Under the pieces are notes generated by a model. That model was not told the DNA's origin, ran no database searches, and worked only from the letters and a program-made list of their open reading frames with translations. Of a DNA stretch of 64,000 bases, positions 59,945-64,000 are shown piece by piece (position 1 is the stretch's first letter; each line of letters begins with the position of its first letter). Source of the stretch: a virus (Duplodnaviria > Caudoviricetes); the IMG/VR virus record IMGVR_UViG_3300028805_000041, positions 128,001-192,000 of that record, one strand, 5' to 3'. The position numbers and the translations under genes are program-made.

Positions 59945-60241
59945 TTAAATACCACTTGTTTCGACATCATTACCTGAAACAACGTCAAGGTTGGCTCTAC
60001 AGCCTTTTTTCTCCCATGATGTGTTTGACACACCACTCTTAAGCCAATATTCGGTTGGCTCTCCGTTTTCTCCGTTTAATACGGTTACTGTAAGACCAAT
60101 AAAACGTTGTGCTCTCGGAATGTCGTTAAGGTCAGCGAATTCAGGTACGGGCTGCATCTTTGCATCGAGATAGCCCTTTCCGCTCCATCTTCTTTGTTCA
60201 TCCAGTTCTACTGAATCTGTATAAGAAATTGTTCTTGCCAT
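59945..60241 (-). CDS. small fibre/decoration-family protein
   Basis: 98 aa; YLDAK...RFIGLTVTV...EYW domain; ends SGNDVETSGI. Confidence 0.6.
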   Translation of the reverse strand: MARTISYTDSVELDEQRRWSGKGYLDAKMQPVPEFADLNDIPRAQRFIGLTVTVLNGENGEPTEYWLKSGVSNTSWEKKGCRANLDVVSGNDVETSGI

Positions 60242-60243
60242 AT

Positions 60244-63201
60244 TTATAAAACTAATTTTTTACTCTTATCTGTTATTCCGACACTTGCAACACTCATCTT
60301 GTTCTTAATTACGAAACATTCTGTTCCGTCAATCATGACACCGGTCTCTGCAACAACATATTTTCTTGGGTTGGTGTTGTTTGATACCTCAGCACCGTCC
60401 TCTAAGATAGAATAGGTTGTAATGACCGAAGGAATTGCAATGACATAACCGTAATAATTATCAACTTCCCATTGTTCCCATTCTTCATCCGGAGCATCAT
60501 CAGCAGGCTCAGGAGTTGGTTCAGGTGAGAACATTGTCAGGTCATACGTATTGCCTGTTTCAACTTCAATACTATTCAATGTTGAATAATCAGTCAAATT
60601 GTCAATATCCGTATTCATAAGACAAGCATAGTATACCTTGTTTTTAATCTCTGTATATGTACCACTAATTGTCAGGTCCTGTGCCGGCATTGTTGTCGGT
60701 TCACTGTCCCAACTGAATACATATCCTTCACGTTCTGCCACTGTTGGGTAGACGATTGTTGAACCGTACTCAACACTTCCACTTGATACGAAATTACCAT
60801 CAACAATAAATGTCAGGATAAATGACTGAACCGCGTATTCACCATTTATGGTAACATCGTGCGCGGGCATATTTGTTATATTGCTGTCCCAAGCAAAATC
60901 ATACCCTTCACGTTCTGTGTGCGACGGATAAGTGATTACCGAGTTGTAATCCACACTTCCGCTTGATACGAAATTACCTTCGATTGTAAATGTCAGAACG
61001 TATTGGTTAATCGTGAACGTACCGTTGACCGTCATATCTTGTGCGGGCATTGTTTCCGGTAGTTCCTCATCCCAAGCGAAACTATAACCTTCCTTAGTCG
61101 GGTCACTTATTACAATCTCAGTTCCATAGTCTTGAGTAATGCTCGAATAAGGTTCATTGTCAATAGTGAGTGTCAGTGTGTATTGGTTAACTGTGAATAC
61201 ACCATTGATTGTCTGGTCATATGCGGGCATTGTAGCGGGAATTGGTTTCTCCCAAGCGAAACTATAGCCTTCTCTTGTCGGTTCGTCTACAATAATCTCT
61301 GTACCATAATTCAATGTGAGGCTCGTATAAACAGTACCATCTATTGAAAGATACAATGTGTACTGATTGATTGTAAATTCACCATTGATTGTCAAGTCTT
61401 GTGCGGGCATTGTTTCTGGCAGTTCCTCGTCCCAAGCAAAACTGTAGCCTTCCTTAGTTGGTTCCGCAACTGATATCACACTTCCATAATCCTGAGTGAT
61501 GCTTGAATATGCTTCACCACCAACTGTCAGTGTCAGTGTGTATTGGTTAACTGTGAATACACCATTGATTGTAGTGTCGCTACTTGGCATAGTTGCGGGA
61601 ATTGGAGTACTCCAAGCGAAACTGTAGCCCTCTTTAGTGGGATCAGTTACAGAGATTGCCGTTCCGAAGTCCTGTGTGAAACTTGTATAAGGTTCACCAT
61701 CGACTGTAAGTGTCAGTGTGTACTGATTGATGGTGAATGCACCATCGATAGTCACGTCGCTACTTGGCATTGTGGTCGGTAATGGAGAATCCCAAGCGAA
61801 ACTGTACCCTTCACGGGTTGGTGTTTCAACTGAAATTACGGTTCCAAAGTCCTGAGTGATGCTTGTGTAAGGTTCACCTTCTACCGTCAATGTCAGTGTG
61901 TATTGGTTAACCGTGAATATGCCATTGATCGTGATGTCGCTACTTGGCATAGTTGCGGGAATTGGAGTACTCCAAGCGAAACTGTAGCCCTCCTTAGTCG
62001 GGTCAGTTACAGATATTGCAGTGCCAAAGTCCTGAGTGAAACTTGTATAAGGTTTCCCATCAACTGTAAGTGTCAGTGTATACTGATTAATGACGTGATC
62101 TACTGTTATTGTAATAACGTCAACGTCCGGAACAGTTGTTGGGTGCTCACCCCATACGATACGATAGCCTTCTTGTTCGTCGATTGTCGGGAGGACTATT
62201 GTATCTCCGTATGAATATGTTTGTGTCAAGTCATCTCTTTCGATGCCGTCCACAACATATTTAACTGTATATACTTTCGCGGTTGTTGTGCCTTGTATTT
62301 CTACATCATTATATGGCATAGTTTGTGGCACTTCGGTACTCCAACCATTGAATATATAACCCGTTGCGGGTGTATATGTGTATTCAGTTACGGTGGATTT
62401 GTATGCAAAACTGTCCGTATGTACAAGATTACCATCTACATAGTATTTGATATGATATGTATTTGGTGTTGTACGTCCATTGATTGTGATGTCCTCTGCT
62501 GGCATTGTGGAAGGTACGTTTTCCCAACCGTTGAATGTATAGCCCGTTTCGGGTGTCACATCAGGAGCAACTATCGTTTCACCGAACGCATAGTTTTTCT
62601 TAGTATATTCAACGCAGTCAAGGATGAATGTTATTACAAATCCATCCGCAACAATCTTTGTTGAATAATCGTACTTCTTGTCATCATACTTCAGAGTTGG
62701 GTCGATTGAACTCTCCTTAGAAATAAGGATATCTCCGGCAGAGTAATCACTTTCTTTGGGAGTAGCATAAATACCAACGTTGTATTTGCCCTTTGTCTTT
62801 GAAGGGACAGTGACCTTATAGGTTCCGCCACCTTCACTGACAACACCGCTTGATGGGTCTATATCAACAACGAACTTATCCTCGTTAAGGATAATTGTCA
62901 TTTCGACACTTGATTCCGTCTGATATTCAGGAGAAATGTTCATTTGATATCTTCCTGAAGTCTCAGTAAACGAGATATACAGTGTATTAGCCGTTGTTTC
63001 TGTGTCGCCGCTTGTGTCACCGCTCGTATCTCCGCTTGGCACGACAGGAACTCTGTTTTGCCAGTTCATTGCGTCCTCTGCGGACATTCCACACAGATCG
63101 ATATATGAGCCAAACGTATAGTATTTATCTTCGGTCAAGCAGTTGTCAAATGCATTATCCCACTCATAACCGTATAAAAAACTCGGTATTAATTTGCTCA
63201 T
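60244..63201 (-). CDS. InlB B-repeat (Listeria-Bacteroides repeat) surface/virion protein
   Basis: 985 aa; eleven roughly 60-aa units of type YTLT..VDG......YG......P..EGY.F.W...P.TMP..D.TI.G. Confidence 0.8.
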   Translation of the reverse strand: MSKLIPSFLYGYEWDNAFDNCLTEDKYYTFGSYIDLCGMSAEDAMNWQNRVPVVPSGDTSGDTSGDTETTANTLYISFTETSGRYQMNISPEYQTESSVEMTIILNEDKFVVDIDPSSGVVSEGGGTYKVTVPSKTKGKYNVGIYATPKESDYSAGDILISKESSIDPTLKYDDKKYDYSTKIVADGFVITFILDCVEYTKKNYAFGETIVAPDVTPETGYTFNGWENVPSTMPAEDITINGRTTPNTYHIKYYVDGNLVHTDSFAYKSTVTEYTYTPATGYIFNGWSTEVPQTMPYNDVEIQGTTTAKVYTVKYVVDGIERDDLTQTYSYGDTIVLPTIDEQEGYRIVWGEHPTTVPDVDVITITVDHVINQYTLTLTVDGKPYTSFTQDFGTAISVTDPTKEGYSFAWSTPIPATMPSSDITINGIFTVNQYTLTLTVEGEPYTSITQDFGTVISVETPTREGYSFAWDSPLPTTMPSSDVTIDGAFTINQYTLTLTVDGEPYTSFTQDFGTAISVTDPTKEGYSFAWSTPIPATMPSSDTTINGVFTVNQYTLTLTVGGEAYSSITQDYGSVISVAEPTKEGYSFAWDEELPETMPAQDLTINGEFTINQYTLYLSIDGTVYTSLTLNYGTEIIVDEPTREGYSFAWEKPIPATMPAYDQTINGVFTVNQYTLTLTIDNEPYSSITQDYGTEIVISDPTKEGYSFAWDEELPETMPAQDMTVNGTFTINQYVLTFTIEGNFVSSGSVDYNSVITYPSHTEREGYDFAWDSNITNMPAHDVTINGEYAVQSFILTFIVDGNFVSSGSVEYGSTIVYPTVAEREGYVFSWDSEPTTMPAQDLTISGTYTEIKNKVYYACLMNTDIDNLTDYSTLNSIEVETGNTYDLTMFSPEPTPEPADDAPDEEWEQWEVDNYYGYVIAIPSVITTYSILEDGAEVSNNTNPRKYVVAETGVMIDGTECFVIKNKMSVASVGITDKSKKLVL
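60650..62640 (-). repeat. 11 x approximately 180-nt coding tandem repeat
   Basis: 180-nt periodicity visible directly, e.g. cccaagcgaa/actgtagcc blocks at 61071, 61251, 61431, 61611, 61791 and 61971. Confidence 0.9.
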
Positions 63202-63225
63202 AATTATTTATGGTTTTACTATAAT

Positions 63226-63232
63226 ATAAATA
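63226..63232 (-). promoter_or_regulatory. putative late promoter TATTTAT (fibre operon)
   Basis: ataaata on the plus strand, 24 nt upstream of the minus-strand ATG at 63201. Confidence 0.55.
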
Positions 63233-63263
63233 GTAAATGAAGTTGTTTTGTGCTATGTGGAAT

Positions 63264-63301
63264 AAAAAAAAATGGAGCAATGTTTAATATTGCCCCATTT
63301 T
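63264..63301 (-). terminator. Rho-independent terminator
   Basis: aaaatggagcaat...attgccccatttt stem with an A run on its left, giving a U tail on the minus strand. Confidence 0.65.
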
Positions 63302-63319
63302 GTTGTGGATGTATGTTTT

Positions 63320-64000
63320 TTATTTGTTGATAACAATTTTCTTACTGTACAATTTATCCCATATTCTCGTTGTGTATGCAATGGTTGTCTCCTTTTCGTT
63401 TTCTTCTATTGAACAATCGACAATTTCAGCCTTTATTTCCCCATATCTTTTTTTGTTTATATGGGCAAGCGAACATACAAGTGAGTCACAGGCATCATAA
63501 TTTTGCTTCTTTAGTTCCCCCTTCTTGTCATATGTCCATTTTATATATGGATATTTTTCATTAACGACATTCATCATAACATTTTTCTTGTCACAATCGA
63601 ATGGATAGGAGCCGAACAGGACAAGATGATTCTCCCTCAATGCTTTTTTAAAGTGTGATAACGTGTATATTTCACCCTTTTTGTTGAATTTTCTTACAGA
63701 CAGTAACTCCGGGAATGACAGCATTCTTGCATCGTGGGATGAAAGATAATTTGGAACAATTCCCAATATCCTGTAGACGGATTCGGACAGAAGTCCGTTG
63801 AACTGAAGCAATTGAGATACTGTTTGTGCGTTTGAATTTCCTGATGCATATTTCAACGGGGATTCTATTACGCATTCAACAATACCCTTATCCTTTATTC
63901 TTAATAGATATTCCTTTTCAAAAATATCCTTCCTGAGTATCAATGCCTCAATACCTTTCTTATTCTTTGGTATTTTTGGTGATATGTGTGTGATTTCCAT
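63320..64000 (-). CDS. RuvC-like Holliday junction resolvase, probably 5'-truncated by window edge
   Basis: VIESPL, LLQFNG, DKK and YDACDSL acidic motifs; the first catalytic Asp strand appears to lie beyond the window. Confidence 0.6.
   Translation of the reverse strand: MEITHISPKIPKNKKGIEALILRKDIFEKEYLLRIKDKGIVECVIESPLKYASGNSNAQTVSQLLQFNGLLSESVYRILGIVPNYLSSHDARMLSFPELLSVRKFNKKGEIYTLSHFKKALRENHLVLFGSYPFDCDKKNVMMNVVNEKYPYIKWTYDKKGELKKQNYDACDSLVCSLAHINKKRYGEIKAEIVDCSIEENEKETTIAYTTRIWDKLYSKKIVINK

Noticed and set aside
63000-63040. SGDT x3 as a simple DNA microsatellite
   Set aside because: The 12-nt units differ at synonymous positions, so it is better explained as part of the protein-level [ST]GxT pattern.
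1-64000. Stop-codon reassignment as in Lak or some crAss-like phages
   Set aside because: Very long ORFs are intact in the standard code, and TAA, TAG and TGA all end genes at sensible boundaries.
1-64000. tRNA, rRNA, integrase or transposase genes
   Set aside because: Intergenic gaps are short and occupied by promoters or terminators; no such signatures were recognised.

Overview
This 64 kb AT-rich, gene-dense window is part of a large myovirus-like (contractile-tail, probably jumbo) phage genome read in the standard genetic code. The host is most likely an anaerobic Bacteroidota bacterium, based on TAnnTTTG promoters, NrdD/NrdG, and BACON, InlB-B and Fib_succ_major/DUF1566-like domains. 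Layout: two nucleases; a tail/baseplate block (hub, tape measure, tube-initiator-like, gp53-like, split hub with M15 peptidase); an embedded replication block (SSB, RecA/UvsX, RNase H/flap nuclease, helicase, NrdD-Trx-NrdG); a second baseplate block (gp25, gp6, six mostly very large virion proteins); and a convergent minus-strand block (RuvC-like, six-gene fibre/decoration operon, primase, Mre11/SbcD-like). Most notable signals: (1) a protein-level [S/T]-G-x-T motif strongly enriched in putative outer virion proteins and absent from replication enzymes, a candidate virion modification sequon; (2) a modular fibre operon whose members share N-terminal domains and a C-terminal G-D/N-D-V/F-E tag; (3) a two-class promoter code, host-type TATATTTG versus phage late TATTTAT. 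All calls come from reading motifs by eye; no searches were run.
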